In this document: piece after piece, positions 1 to 10,099 of the stretch
How positions within the stretch are numbered: position 1 is the first letter of the stretch
How the letters are laid out: every line of letters starts with the position of its first letter
Origin: Promethearchaeota archaeon
GTDB lineage: Archaea; Asgardarchaeota; Lokiarchaeia; Sigyniarchaeales; SOKP01
Assembly (NCBI GenBank): GCA_048940925.1
Contig: JBHLOC010000046.1
Location: 1 to 36,265, forward strand
Length of the DNA: 36,265 nucleotides
Reading direction: 5' to 3'
Translations under genes and position numbers: made by a program
Notes under the pieces: generated by a model
Databases searched by the model: none
What the model was told of the DNA's origin: nothing
The model's input: the letters and a program-made list of their open reading frames with translations, nothing else

Positions 1-408
1 ATAAAAGTAGGTAATACATATCGTTTAAGAGATCTTCAAGACATTCCACTTTTAACTGTCCACGAAAAAGTGGTTTCCATGCGTTCTACCTACAAATTCT
101 TTGAAGGTGGAGAAGAAGATGACAACAAATTAATTGGAAAACTTAAAAGAAAATTAGTATCGATTAAACCTAACTATTGGTTTGAAGACCCAAGCGAAAA
201 GAAATTATTCACAATGAAAGGGAATATCTGGGCCTTAAAATACAGGATTATAAAAGAAGATAAAGAAGTAGCTGAAATAAGTAAGAAATTGTTTAAGATT
301 AAAGGAACTTATGGAGTAAAAATAAAACCAGATGTTTCAGATGACATGGCTATGTTAATATTGGGGATTGTAGTCATGCTCCATCATGAAAAAGAAGAAA
401 ATAGGTAA
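1..408 (+). CDS. LURP-one/Tubby_C-like (scramblase-like) protein, 5'-truncated by window edge
   Basis: Frame is open from base 1 (IKVGNTYRLRDLQDIPLLTVHEKVVSMRSTY...). Repeated beta-hairpin pattern, 'GNIWALKYRI..VAEISKK.F.IK.TY.V.I' and a C-terminal hydrophobic helix (MAMLILGIVVML) are typical of the LURP-one family. Confidence 0.75.
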   Translation: MKVGNTYRLRDLQDIPLLTVHEKVVSMRSTYKFFEGGEEDDNKLIGKLKRKLVSIKPNYWFEDPSEKKLFTMKGNIWALKYRIIKEDKEVAEISKKLFKIKGTYGVKIKPDVSDDMAMLILGIVVMLHHEKEENR

Positions 409-430
409 TAACCATTTTTTTTTATTTTTA

Positions 431-1918
431 TTAGTTAAATCTCCTTCGATATTCAGCATAATCACATATTTTTGCTAAACAGTTCACGGGGCGATCCCAG
501 AATCTAAATGCTACGCCACCATATTTTCTTATCTTTTTAGACCATTCACTCCCATATCTTTGAGGATTTAAATATATGATTGGAATTGAGTATTTTTGAG
601 TGAGTTTTATACCAGGTTCTATCAATAATTTATCTAATTCGTCAATCCTTTCTTCCATATCCTCTCTAATTTCAATATATTTAGATATTTTTTCATCTTG
701 CTGGAAAGAAGATGCCATATCTTGAAAACCCATAGCACCATATATTATTATTACATCAACTTCACCGGATTTCATTAGCATTTTTGGAAAATTTATATAT
801 ATATTAAAAATATTCATATCAAAGGTAATATCTATTGGATTTCTCCAACTTGCGGTATGAGGCAATTTAGTTTTTAATTTTGATTGAAGTGCTTCAGAAA
901 ATTCTGGCACAATTAATCCGTTTCTTTCTGCATTATTCGCAATAAGCGCACCAGGACCTCCTGCAAATGTTATGATTCCTATACGCTTCCCTTTGGGATA
1001 TGGAAAATTGGGAGCTAATAACATTGATGAAATATCTAAAAATTCTTCAATATAATCAGTTTTTATAATACCCGTTTCTTTAACCATAGATTCAAAAATC
1101 TTGATATTACCTGCTATTGAACCTGTATGGCTCCTTATAGCGCGATTTCCTGCTTGAGATCCTCCCCCATATATTGCTATTATGGGTTTTTTTGGTGTAA
1201 TTTTCTTTGCTAATTGTATAAATTCTTGACCTCTTTTAATTTCTTCAATATATAAACCAATTACTGCAGTTTCCTCATCATCTTTGAAATATTCTAAAAA
1301 ATTCACTAAATCTATATTTGCTTCATTGCCTACTGAAATTGCCTTGCCAACATTGAAATCTGGGTATTCAGGATCCATCCATAATTGACTTGCTAAAGTA
1401 CCACTTTGGGATACCATAGAAAACCTACTTCTTTTTATTTCAGTTTGTTGTAACATCATATTAAACGCTCCATCATTTTCAGGATAGATCCAACCATTAT
1501 AAAGCCCTAAACAATTAGGTCCAATAAATCTCATCCCATATTTTTCTCCAATTTCAATAATCTCTCTTGTGAGTTTATTTGAGCGATCTCCTGTGAGTTC
1601 TCGAAATCCACCTGAAATAACTACAATTTTTTTAACACCTTTCTCCCCACACTCTTTAAACACTTGAGGGACAATTTGGGGTGGTAGCACTATAATTACG
1701 AGATCAGGGACTTCTGGGACTTCTGAAATTGATTTGTAAGCTTTATACCCCATTACGTTTTCCAATCTTAAATGTATTGGATAGATTTTGCCTTTATAAT
1801 TAGATGTAATTATCCTTACCAGTAACATGGTCCCCATGGTCGTTCCAAAGGTGTTGTTTGCACCGTAGATTGCAATACTCTTAGGACGGAGGAAATCATG
1901 TAAAAAATGATCTGTCAT
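431..1918 (-). CDS. acdA: Acyl-CoA synthetase (ADP/NDP-forming), alpha subunit (CoA-binding and ligase domains)
   Basis: Motifs PKSIAIYGA, IGPNCLG, SQSG, GNEA and the phospho-His motif SHTGSIAG. No ATP-grasp (beta) domain is fused. Confidence 0.9.
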   Translation of the reverse strand: MTDHFLHDFLRPKSIAIYGANNTFGTTMGTMLLVRIITSNYKGKIYPIHLRLENVMGYKAYKSISEVPEVPDLVIIVLPPQIVPQVFKECGEKGVKKIVVISGGFRELTGDRSNKLTREIIEIGEKYGMRFIGPNCLGLYNGWIYPENDGAFNMMLQQTEIKRSRFSMVSQSGTLASQLWMDPEYPDFNVGKAISVGNEANIDLVNFLEYFKDDEETAVIGLYIEEIKRGQEFIQLAKKITPKKPIIAIYGGGSQAGNRAIRSHTGSIAGNIKIFESMVKETGIIKTDYIEEFLDISSMLLAPNFPYPKGKRIGIITFAGGPGALIANNAERNGLIVPEFSEALQSKLKTKLPHTASWRNPIDITFDMNIFNIYINFPKMLMKSGEVDVIIIYGAMGFQDMASSFQQDEKISKYIEIREDMEERIDELDKLLIEPGIKLTQKYSIPIIYLNPQRYGSEWSKKIRKYGGVAFRFWDRPVNCLAKICDYAEYRRRFN

Positions 1919-2106
1919 GTCCTTATTTCTACTCTGTTGTGAAAATTATTAGGTTCATTGCTACATACGAAAATCTATTCAAATTTTAAAACTTATGTAC
2001 TCAATTTTTGGACATCGAAATAGTAAAGATTATAAAGAAAAAAATTTAAACCGTAATTGGAACAATTCAATTATATTTAAAAGAAAAAAAAATTAAAAGT
2101 GATTTC

Positions 2107-3264
2107 ATGACAATAGAAACAAATATTACCAAAATGTTAGGGATTAAAAAACCGATTATTTCTGCGCCAATGGGTCCATTTTACACTACAGATCTGACAG
2201 TAGCTGTCTCTGAAGCTGGTGGATTGGGCACATTATCGCATACTAATATTGAGAGGGGTCAAGCTTTAGGAGAGGAAACAATATTAGCAGAGGCGGAAGC
2301 CATGACAAGAGAGCAATTATCTCAATCTAGGTTTGGTAGTTCTGTTGACGCCATGAAGAAAAATATGGAATATGTCGTTGAACATACTGACAAGCCCTTC
2401 GGATTTAACATTCGCACCTCCAGAAATGAAACACAAGCAGATAGACTCTGCACTGAAATCCCAAAGTTTATTATGGACAATCCTAAAATCAAGGAACAAT
2501 GTGTGTATGCATTAACATCTGCAGGTTCTTCAAGACGTCTTCCCCAAAGTAAAACTTGGCAGAAGCTAAGAAATGAAACCAGTTCTCAAATAAAGCTTTT
2601 CCATGTAACTCCCGCTTTATGGTTAGCGGAAAAAGCTATTAATCCAAAAGAGGGATCTGACTTTGCAGTTGATGGAATTGTCTGTACTGGTTTAACTGGC
2701 GGTGGTCATCAGTCCTATGAAAAAGTATCCACTCTTGTGCTCCTTCAACAGATTAATCAAAAATACCCTGACTTCCCAAAAATTGCATGTGGAGGATTTG
2801 CAACAGGGGAAAGTTTAGCAGCAGCTTTAACATTAGGAGCTGGTGCAATTGCAATGGGCTCTCGTTTTATCGCGACAGAGGAAAGCGAATTCCACGAAGC
2901 TTATAAAAATGTTATACCCCCCGCAAAGGCTCAAGATACAATTTATGTCACGGGAGTACTTGGCCCAATTAGACTCTGGAAGAATACATATAGTTTGCAC
3001 CATGGTGTTGTCAGCAGTAAAGAGGAGAAGCTTGCTGAAGAAGAGAAAGTAAAACAAATGACTCAGGAAGAATATAGAGATTATTTAATAGATATGGCTA
3101 ACGCATATATCGCTGCATATAGGGGGGATGTTGATTCGGGTGCAGTCCTTCTTGGACAAAGCATTGGTATTATCGATAGTATTGAAAAAGTACCCGATCT
3201 TATGGATAAGATTGTTAAAGATGCTGAGGCTCATCTGAAAAGAGCAACAAGTTATATAAAATAG
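2107..3264 (+). CDS. Nitronate monooxygenase / enoyl-ACP reductase II (FabK)-like FMN oxidoreductase, paralog 1
   Basis: PIISAPM, AVSEAGGLG, PFGFN, GGGH, IACGG and MGSRF motifs. Leader AAAGTGATTTC precedes the ATG. Confidence 0.9.
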   Translation: MTIETNITKMLGIKKPIISAPMGPFYTTDLTVAVSEAGGLGTLSHTNIERGQALGEETILAEAEAMTREQLSQSRFGSSVDAMKKNMEYVVEHTDKPFGFNIRTSRNETQADRLCTEIPKFIMDNPKIKEQCVYALTSAGSSRRLPQSKTWQKLRNETSSQIKLFHVTPALWLAEKAINPKEGSDFAVDGIVCTGLTGGGHQSYEKVSTLVLLQQINQKYPDFPKIACGGFATGESLAAALTLGAGAIAMGSRFIATEESEFHEAYKNVIPPAKAQDTIYVTGVLGPIRLWKNTYSLHHGVVSSKEEKLAEEEKVKQMTQEEYRDYLIDMANAYIAAYRGDVDSGAVLLGQSIGIIDSIEKVPDLMDKIVKDAEAHLKRATSYIK

Positions 3265-3280
3265 TTGAGAAAAAGATTAC

Positions 3281-3320
3281 TCTTTTTCTTTGAAACTAAA
3301 CCTTTTTTATTTTTTCTTTT
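3281..3320 (+). terminator. Oligo-T tracts after NMO paralog 1 (archaeal-type terminator)
   Basis: TCTTTTTCTTT and CCTTTTTTATTTTTTCTTTT immediately 3' of the stop. Similar tracts occur at 415-429 and 4553-4599. Confidence 0.45.
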
Positions 3321-3414
3321 ACACTTTAGTAGTCCAATTAGTTAATGCTTTAAAAAGGATTCTTTATTTTTTAATTTAAATTTTTAATTTTATAATACAA
3401 ACTAAAGTGATTAT

Positions 3415-4542
3415 ATGACAATAGAAACGAATATTACCAAAATGTTTGGTATTAAGCATCCGATTTTTTCGGCAGCAATGGGTCCATTTTATACAACAGA
3501 CCTATGTGTAGCAGTTAGTGAAGCAGGAGGTTTAGGTGTGTTATCCCATACATCAATAGAACGAGGAGCTGATATTCGTGAGGAAACTACATCTACGGAT
3601 ATTAAACTTGATGAAACAACTATGAGAAGGATGAGTATTGATGTAGTAAAAGCAATGAAAAAAAATATGGAATTTGTAGTAGAACATACGGATAAACCTT
3701 TTGGTTTTAATATTAGAACCTCAAGAAATGAAATTCAAGCACCAAAACTCTGTTCAGAAATCCCTAAATTTATAATGGAGAACCAGAGGATTAGAGATCA
3801 GTGTATTTATGCACTTACCAGTGCCGGATCTTCTAAAATTTTACCCGCTAGTAAGACATTCCAGGAATTAAAGGAGAAATCTGAAATTAAACATTTTCAT
3901 GTTGCACCTGCCTTATGGCTTGCAGACAAATGTGTCGATAGTAAAGTGGATGGAATGGTAGTAACTGGTGGTGAAGGTGGAGGACATCAATCTTATGAAA
4001 AGGTTAGTACTCTCGTATTGCTTCAACAAGTACACCAAAAATATCCTGATTTTCCAATAATTGCGTGTGGTGGATTTGCTACTGGAGCAGGTCTAGCAGC
4101 AGCCCTTTCTATGGGGGCAGGGGGGATAGCTATGGGTTCGCGATTCATTGCTAGCAAAGATTCAGAATTTCATGATAATTATAAGAACGTTGTACCACCT
4201 TCAAAAGCACAAGATACTATCTTAGTTACTGGTGCTTTAGGACCAATAAGACTATGGAGAAACGAATACTCATTACACCATGGACTTGTTGCTGACAAAG
4301 ATGCAAAAATTGCAGAAGAAGAAAGACTTCGAAGTATGTCTCGTGAAGATTATATTAAAGAACTTATCGCTTCATCTAACGCATATCTTGCTGCGTATAG
4401 GGGTGATACAAATTCAGGAGCTGTCCTTTTAGGACAAAGCATAGGCATCATTAATAGTATTGAAAGCGTTTCGGATATTATTAATGGAATTGTTTCAGAA
4501 GCAGAAACATTGTTAAAGAACGCTACGGCAAAAATTAAATAA
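3415..4542 (+). CDS. Nitronate monooxygenase / FabK-like FMN oxidoreductase, paralog 2 (tandem duplicate)
   Basis: Same motifs (GGEGGGH). Long identical peptide blocks shared with 2107..3264. Leader AAAGTGATTAT. Confidence 0.9.
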   Translation: MTIETNITKMFGIKHPIFSAAMGPFYTTDLCVAVSEAGGLGVLSHTSIERGADIREETTSTDIKLDETTMRRMSIDVVKAMKKNMEFVVEHTDKPFGFNIRTSRNEIQAPKLCSEIPKFIMENQRIRDQCIYALTSAGSSKILPASKTFQELKEKSEIKHFHVAPALWLADKCVDSKVDGMVVTGGEGGGHQSYEKVSTLVLLQQVHQKYPDFPIIACGGFATGAGLAAALSMGAGGIAMGSRFIASKDSEFHDNYKNVVPPSKAQDTILVTGALGPIRLWRNEYSLHHGLVADKDAKIAEEERLRSMSREDYIKELIASSNAYLAAYRGDTNSGAVLLGQSIGIINSIESVSDIINGIVSEAETLLKNATAKIK

Positions 4543-4600
4543 AATAAAAATTGTTTTTATCCCTAATGGGAATTTTTTTTCATTTTATCTTTTTTTCTTA

Positions 4601-6223
4601 TCATCTATTTAATCGCTCATAAGTTTTCCGCATGATTTTGTAGATATTTAGGAACTCTTCATAAAGTGTATCATAGATTTTCCTATTTTCAGGATTAGGG
4701 GAGTATATATTTGATATTTCACAATACCTTTGGATCTCATCCCATTTCAGGTAGCCAAGTCCTATTGAAGCAATAAACCCCGCTGCTCGCGCATTTGTTT
4801 GAATTGGATTCCTTACTTGCTTGATATTCCTATTTAGAACATCGGCAAATATTTGGCACCATATATCACTTTGAGCTCCACCACCAACAATATTCAACTC
4901 TGGTATAACTATATCCTTTTTTGTGATTCCTTTGTCTTTCATTACCCATTTTCTAATATTGTTCTCAATGTGAAATAATAAACTTCTCACATTATAAGCA
5001 ACTCCTTCAAATACTGCTCTAATTATGTGTTCTCGTGACATTTCAATAGATATATTATATAGACCTCCACGTACCGTATCATCATCAATAGGAGCACGTT
5101 CTCCAACAAGCCAAGGTGTGAAAATAAGGTTATTCGAACCAGCTGGAACTTTTTCTACGATTCGATCAAAAATTTTATATACATCAGGAACAGCTTCTTC
5201 TTTCAGAAGTTCATCTTTATGATAAAGTATTTTATCTCTAAGAAACGACAATGCTCCCCCTGCGATTTCTTGTTCATTTCCGAATATATATCTTCCAGGA
5301 ATCACAGATGGTAAACTTCCTATGGTGTGAGCGATATCTACTTTCTTATATGGAACATTTACCAAAACCCAATCTGAGGTCCCAATATAAATATGACCTT
5401 CATAATCTCCAATAGCTCCCGAACCAATAACTGTTGAAGGTAAGTCTGGAGCACCCATAACTACTTTTGTGCTTTTTTCTAAACCTAACTCATCCGCTAC
5501 TTCCTTTCTTAAGGTTCCTAAAATATCGGTTGATTTATTTAATTTTGAAGGAAATTTATTAGGATCTATTTTAAGCATTTTGATTAATTTCTTAGAATAA
5601 TTTACATTATTAATATCTCGTGTATCTGTTATCCAATGAACATGGATAGATACTACTGAGGTTGCATGCTTTCCAGTTAATTTTAAATTAATGAAATCTT
5701 GAGGTTCAAGGAATTTGTATGTTTTATCATAAATATCAGGTAATTCATTTTTGATAAACAATATATGAGCGATTGGATCTTTTCCTACTAATGATGGTCC
5801 ACCACCAGTCCTTTTCATAAATGCAAGCATTTTTCTTATATTATATCCTGAAACTTTTAATAATCCCTTATTTAGTTTTTCTATATATTTAGCACCTCTA
5901 GTATCCATCCAAATCATAGAATTCATTAAATGGTTTCCATCCTTATCAACAGCAACAGTTCCACTCCACTGACTCGTATTACATACACCCACAATATCTT
6001 CAACTCTCACACGTCCAGCATCAATTACTTTTCTTGCGGTACTTTTAATTGCATTCCACCAATCCTCTGGATTTTGTTCGACAGCACCACCTTTGGATGC
6101 ATATACTGGTGTTTCTTGGAAAGCCCATTCAAGAACTTTTCCTTCTGTAGATACAATCGCAGACTTAGGACCACCAGTTCCATGATCTATTGCCAAAATA
6201 TATTTTATTTGCGAATCAGCCAT
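4601..6223 (-). CDS. FGGY-family carbohydrate kinase (xylulokinase-like)
   Basis: IDHGTGGPKS, EQNPEDWW, WMDTR, GERAP, RAVFEG and GGGAQS motifs. Start moved from 6268 to the ATG at 6223 (MADSQIKYILAID) because the upstream extension is low-complexity. Confidence 0.88.
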   Translation of the reverse strand: MADSQIKYILAIDHGTGGPKSAIVSTEGKVLEWAFQETPVYASKGGAVEQNPEDWWNAIKSTARKVIDAGRVRVEDIVGVCNTSQWSGTVAVDKDGNHLMNSMIWMDTRGAKYIEKLNKGLLKVSGYNIRKMLAFMKRTGGGPSLVGKDPIAHILFIKNELPDIYDKTYKFLEPQDFINLKLTGKHATSVVSIHVHWITDTRDINNVNYSKKLIKMLKIDPNKFPSKLNKSTDILGTLRKEVADELGLEKSTKVVMGAPDLPSTVIGSGAIGDYEGHIYIGTSDWVLVNVPYKKVDIAHTIGSLPSVIPGRYIFGNEQEIAGGALSFLRDKILYHKDELLKEEAVPDVYKIFDRIVEKVPAGSNNLIFTPWLVGERAPIDDDTVRGGLYNISIEMSREHIIRAVFEGVAYNVRSLLFHIENNIRKWVMKDKGITKKDIVIPELNIVGGGAQSDIWCQIFADVLNRNIKQVRNPIQTNARAAGFIASIGLGYLKWDEIQRYCEISNIYSPNPENRKIYDTLYEEFLNIYKIMRKTYERLNR

Positions 6224-6425
6224 AGTTATATAAATGATGTTAAGATAAATAAAGATTATTTGGTACAATAATGTATAATTTTTTTTTATTTCGATTTAAC
6301 CAAAAGTTCTACATGAATTTACTTATTTTTAAATATGAGAAATTTCATTATTATTTTGTCTATAGCTATAGGGTTAATGTGGTTCTAGTAGAAATAGTAT
6401 TTTCACAGAAACAGAGAGGAGTTTC

Positions 6426-8558
6426 TTGCGTACTCTAAGTTCAAAAAAAGCTGAATTTAATAAATATTTTTACTTAATTATTTTTATAATTTTATCTTTC
6501 CTTAGTTTACAGATTCAGGTATTTGCATTAAAAGAAACTCATTATACTAAACAATGGATTAAAGATTCGGAGTTTAATTCCTCCTCAGGTTCATGGTTCA
6601 AGATTTATAATGGAGATTCTTCTGATCTAAATGCTTATATACATTCAGGAAAGGCTAATTTTGAAGTATCAGGTGAGAAAAACACATACTCATTAATAGC
6701 AGATCCACCTTTGGCTTCAAATTGGATTGAAATGGATAATCCTAGTTTCCCAAATCGTCCAGATGTTGATGAAATTACATCTAAAGGTTGTAGAGTCTCT
6801 CATGATTTTGATGACCAATCTCCTATTCAAAGTCCAAGTGTGCATTGGGATAGAAATATTACAATGCCAGTTAATATGTCAGACTACATTATTACTAGTG
6901 CGTCAATTCAGGCAAGAGTTAACGCAACAGTCGATAAGAACCTTGATCGCTATTATGATTTTTTTTATCATTTGAATGCAAGAATAGATCCTCCTATCGA
7001 GGTAGATCAATATGGAAATGGAGATTATGTGAGATTTTATGTTTTACTTTCAGATTTAGAAAAAAATAAAGTCTATGAGATAGCAAATTTACAAACAGTA
7101 TGGTTAGGCAGCGGGGGTGCTCCGGGTACTGCTTATTTATATGATACTTATATGATAAGTGTACCTCAAGAAGATTTAATATATTATCTTTCTTCAACTC
7201 TAAGTACTGATTTCAACAATTTCACAATAACTTTAGGTATGCGATTACAAATTGAAGATAATGTTGGTGCTTATTTGGATAGAGATACATTTAACGAACT
7301 AATCATAAATTTTGTTAATTTAACTTTTATATACGAGAAAAAAATTGATCAATCTTCATCAGTTTCATGGAATCAGATTGGGAATTCTATTAAGGGGGAA
7401 CGTGTCGAGATACAGAATGCTACTTTTCAATTTGCATATAAAATTGATCAAAGCTGGCCACTTTCACTTTCTCTCAATTCTAAGATGAACGTTTTTATTA
7501 ATAATTATGAATATGATTCTCCTATAAAATTATATTCAATGAACACTTCTTTCCAAGAGTTAAGAATAAAAGAGGCAGAATTAATACCTTATATTGTAAA
7601 AAATATTAACATCTCACTCTCTATTCAAGTTTTTGTAGCAGATAAGTTTGTGCTAGATCATCCAATTACAATATCTATCGATGATGTGTATCTTGAAATA
7701 TCATATAGTGTTTGGGAGGAAACAAAACCAGCAAGTAATAATTTTATTTGGATTATATTAATTATTTTAATGATAATAATAGGGATACTTGCAGTTTTAA
7801 GTTTAAGATCATATGTAATTTTACCCCATAAACAAAAAATATCATCTTATTTACGACTCAGAACTCAAAAATTTAAAGATATAAATAATATACAAGGCAT
7901 AATTCTGATCCATAGAGCCAGTGGCCTTCCTATCTACTCATATAGATATTCTTCTTTAATGAAAGGCAAAAAAATTCTTTTTTCTGGCTTTCTTCAAGCA
8001 ATATCGGTTATTGGAGAAGAGATTTCTCGTGAAGAATTCAAGAAGCGTAAAATACCAACAATTTCTGAAGAAATCGACTATAATAAAATAATAGAATTAG
8101 ACTTGAAACAATTTTACTGTTTAGTGTTAGATCTTGAAGAATTACGTACAGTTCTTATTTTGAAGTCAAGATCCTCAAAAAGATTAAAAAAAGTTATGTT
8201 TAATTTTACTTTAGCATTATATCTGAAAATATCTAAAAAGCTAGAACAATTTGATAATGACTTGACCGATTATCCAGAGATAATTTCTCCATTGTTAGAT
8301 GAGTATTTCGAACTAGATTACAAAAAAGACTTCATAACTTATCATAATGAAGGAGACATTCAAGATATTAAGAGAAAATTTAAGCTCTCTAAATTACAAG
8401 TTCAGGTTATGAACATAATTTTCTCACTTTTAAAAGAGAATAGAATTTTTAGATTAATGGATGTCATGGAAAAATTCAGTGAAAAAGACGAAGATTTAAT
8501 TTTTGATACAATAGAAACATTAATTGAATACAAGTTGATTCTTCCCTCTACTAGATAA
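6426..8558 (+). CDS. Single-pass membrane protein: signal/TM, ~400-aa extracellular domain, TM, cytoplasmic longin/roadblock-like domain and C-terminal winged helix
   Basis: TTG start with GAGGAG RBS. Hydrophobic N-terminus, nine N-x-S/T sequons, TM FIWIILIILMIIIGILAVLSL. Segment IQGIILIHRASGLPIYSY..LFSGFLQAISVIGEEI resembles Asgard longin-like domains. Confidence 0.65.
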   Translation: MRTLSSKKAEFNKYFYLIIFIILSFLSLQIQVFALKETHYTKQWIKDSEFNSSSGSWFKIYNGDSSDLNAYIHSGKANFEVSGEKNTYSLIADPPLASNWIEMDNPSFPNRPDVDEITSKGCRVSHDFDDQSPIQSPSVHWDRNITMPVNMSDYIITSASIQARVNATVDKNLDRYYDFFYHLNARIDPPIEVDQYGNGDYVRFYVLLSDLEKNKVYEIANLQTVWLGSGGAPGTAYLYDTYMISVPQEDLIYYLSSTLSTDFNNFTITLGMRLQIEDNVGAYLDRDTFNELIINFVNLTFIYEKKIDQSSSVSWNQIGNSIKGERVEIQNATFQFAYKIDQSWPLSLSLNSKMNVFINNYEYDSPIKLYSMNTSFQELRIKEAELIPYIVKNINISLSIQVFVADKFVLDHPITISIDDVYLEISYSVWEETKPASNNFIWIILIILMIIIGILAVLSLRSYVILPHKQKISSYLRLRTQKFKDINNIQGIILIHRASGLPIYSYRYSSLMKGKKILFSGFLQAISVIGEEISREEFKKRKIPTISEEIDYNKIIELDLKQFYCLVLDLEELRTVLILKSRSSKRLKKVMFNFTLALYLKISKKLEQFDNDLTDYPEIISPLLDEYFELDYKKDFITYHNEGDIQDIKRKFKLSKLQVQVMNIIFSLLKENRIFRLMDVMEKFSEKDEDLIFDTIETLIEYKLILPSTR

Positions 8559-8695
8559 CATCCTTTTTTCTAATTAATTAAAATTACAAAAACACATATT
8601 TTTTTTAGTTAAGAATAAACTTAATTTTTAACAATTCAATTTAATAATTAATTTAGTTACCAAAATAATCAATTACTTGGATTGAAATTTATAAT

Positions 8696-10096
8696 ATGAA
8701 ATATGAAGAAATAAAAGCTAAAATCGATAACATTGTTTCTAATCCTATACACAAATTTAACTCAGAGGAATTAAAAAAAATCGTTCAACGATATCATAAA
8801 AACCACCCAAAATCAAAACAAGCTTTTGAAAGAGCCCGTAAAATTATTCCAGGAGGTGTAGAGCATAATCTTGCCTTTAATTATCCTTTTCCCCTGTCAA
8901 GTAAGAGAGTTTATGATTGTTATATGGAAACGGTAGATGATATAGTGTTAACAGATTACTTAATGGATGGTGGTCCAATCATTCTTGGGCATAATCATCC
9001 AGAACTTACAGAAAAAGTCATAGAAGTTATACGTGAATCAGGGCCTTGTCACGGAATCACAAGTGAATATGAATATTTAGCAGCTGAGCAATTACAAAAA
9101 CATTTTCCATCTTGTGAAATCATAAGATGGCTACAATCTGGAACTGAAGCTGATATGTTAGCAATAAGAATAGCAAGAGTCTTTACTGGAAGGAAATGGA
9201 TTATAAAAGTTGGTGGTTCATATCATGGATGGTCTGATCAACTTGTTTATGATATGCATATTCCAGGGACAAAAAGATTGGAATCACACGGTATTCCTAA
9301 ACCAGTTTTGCAATATACAGAATCTGTCCCACCTAATGATATTGAAGCTTTAGAAGAACTATTTAAGGAGAAACGTAAAGTAGCTGCGGTGTTTATAGAA
9401 CCTATGGGTGGAGAGTCAGGAGCAATACCTACAAAACCAGGTTTCAATAAAGAAGTGGAAGAATTATGTCATAGAAATAGAGCACTTCTCGTTTCTGATG
9501 AAGTCGTTTGTGCATTTAGACTTCATATGGGGGGTGGTCAAGCTTATTATGGTTATACTCCTGATCTATCGATTTTTGGAAAGATTGTTGGGCATGGTTA
9601 TCCTTCAGCTGCAGCTATAGGTGGTCGCGCAGATGTAATGGCAACAGTTGCTGCTGGAGTTGGAGCTGGTGCTAAGAGAGCATATTGTGGAGGAACTTTA
9701 GCAGCAAATCCCTTAACTTGTGCTGCTGCATACTATGCTATAAAATTAGTCGAAGAAACTGGTGCAACTGACAAAGCAGGTAAAGCAGGTACTCAATTAT
9801 CAACTGGTTTAAATGAAGTGTTTAATAAGTACAATTTACCTTGGTTTTCATATAATTTTGGAGGAACTGTCCACTTCCATACATCCTGTGTATTTGGACT
9901 TGATTTAGGTGATGCCAAGCAAGCAGGTCAAATTCCACAAAGAAAAGAATTTATGGAACATATGGGAGCTGCGTTAGTAGATCAAGAATTAATCTCTGTA
10001 GCTGGCAGTAGATTTTATACATGTATGCTTCATACAGACGAAATTATTGATGAAACTGTTCAGAAAATTGATAATATTTGTCAAAAAATAAAATAA
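8696..10096 (+). CDS. Class III PLP aminotransferase (glutamate-1-semialdehyde aminomutase-like)
   Basis: IPGGV, GPIILGH, SGTEA, GSYHG, DEV..AFR and the PLP lysine in FGKIVGHGYP. Confidence 0.88.
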   Translation: MKYEEIKAKIDNIVSNPIHKFNSEELKKIVQRYHKNHPKSKQAFERARKIIPGGVEHNLAFNYPFPLSSKRVYDCYMETVDDIVLTDYLMDGGPIILGHNHPELTEKVIEVIRESGPCHGITSEYEYLAAEQLQKHFPSCEIIRWLQSGTEADMLAIRIARVFTGRKWIIKVGGSYHGWSDQLVYDMHIPGTKRLESHGIPKPVLQYTESVPPNDIEALEELFKEKRKVAAVFIEPMGGESGAIPTKPGFNKEVEELCHRNRALLVSDEVVCAFRLHMGGGQAYYGYTPDLSIFGKIVGHGYPSAAAIGGRADVMATVAAGVGAGAKRAYCGGTLAANPLTCAAAYYAIKLVEETGATDKAGKAGTQLSTGLNEVFNKYNLPWFSYNFGGTVHFHTSCVFGLDLGDAKQAGQIPQRKEFMEHMGAALVDQELISVAGSRFYTCMLHTDEIIDETVQKIDNICQKIK

Positions 10097-10099
10097 GCT

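Noticed and set aside
8696-10096. Assigning hemL
   Set aside because: The family is clear, but there is no tetrapyrrole gene context, so the substrate cannot be fixed from sequence.
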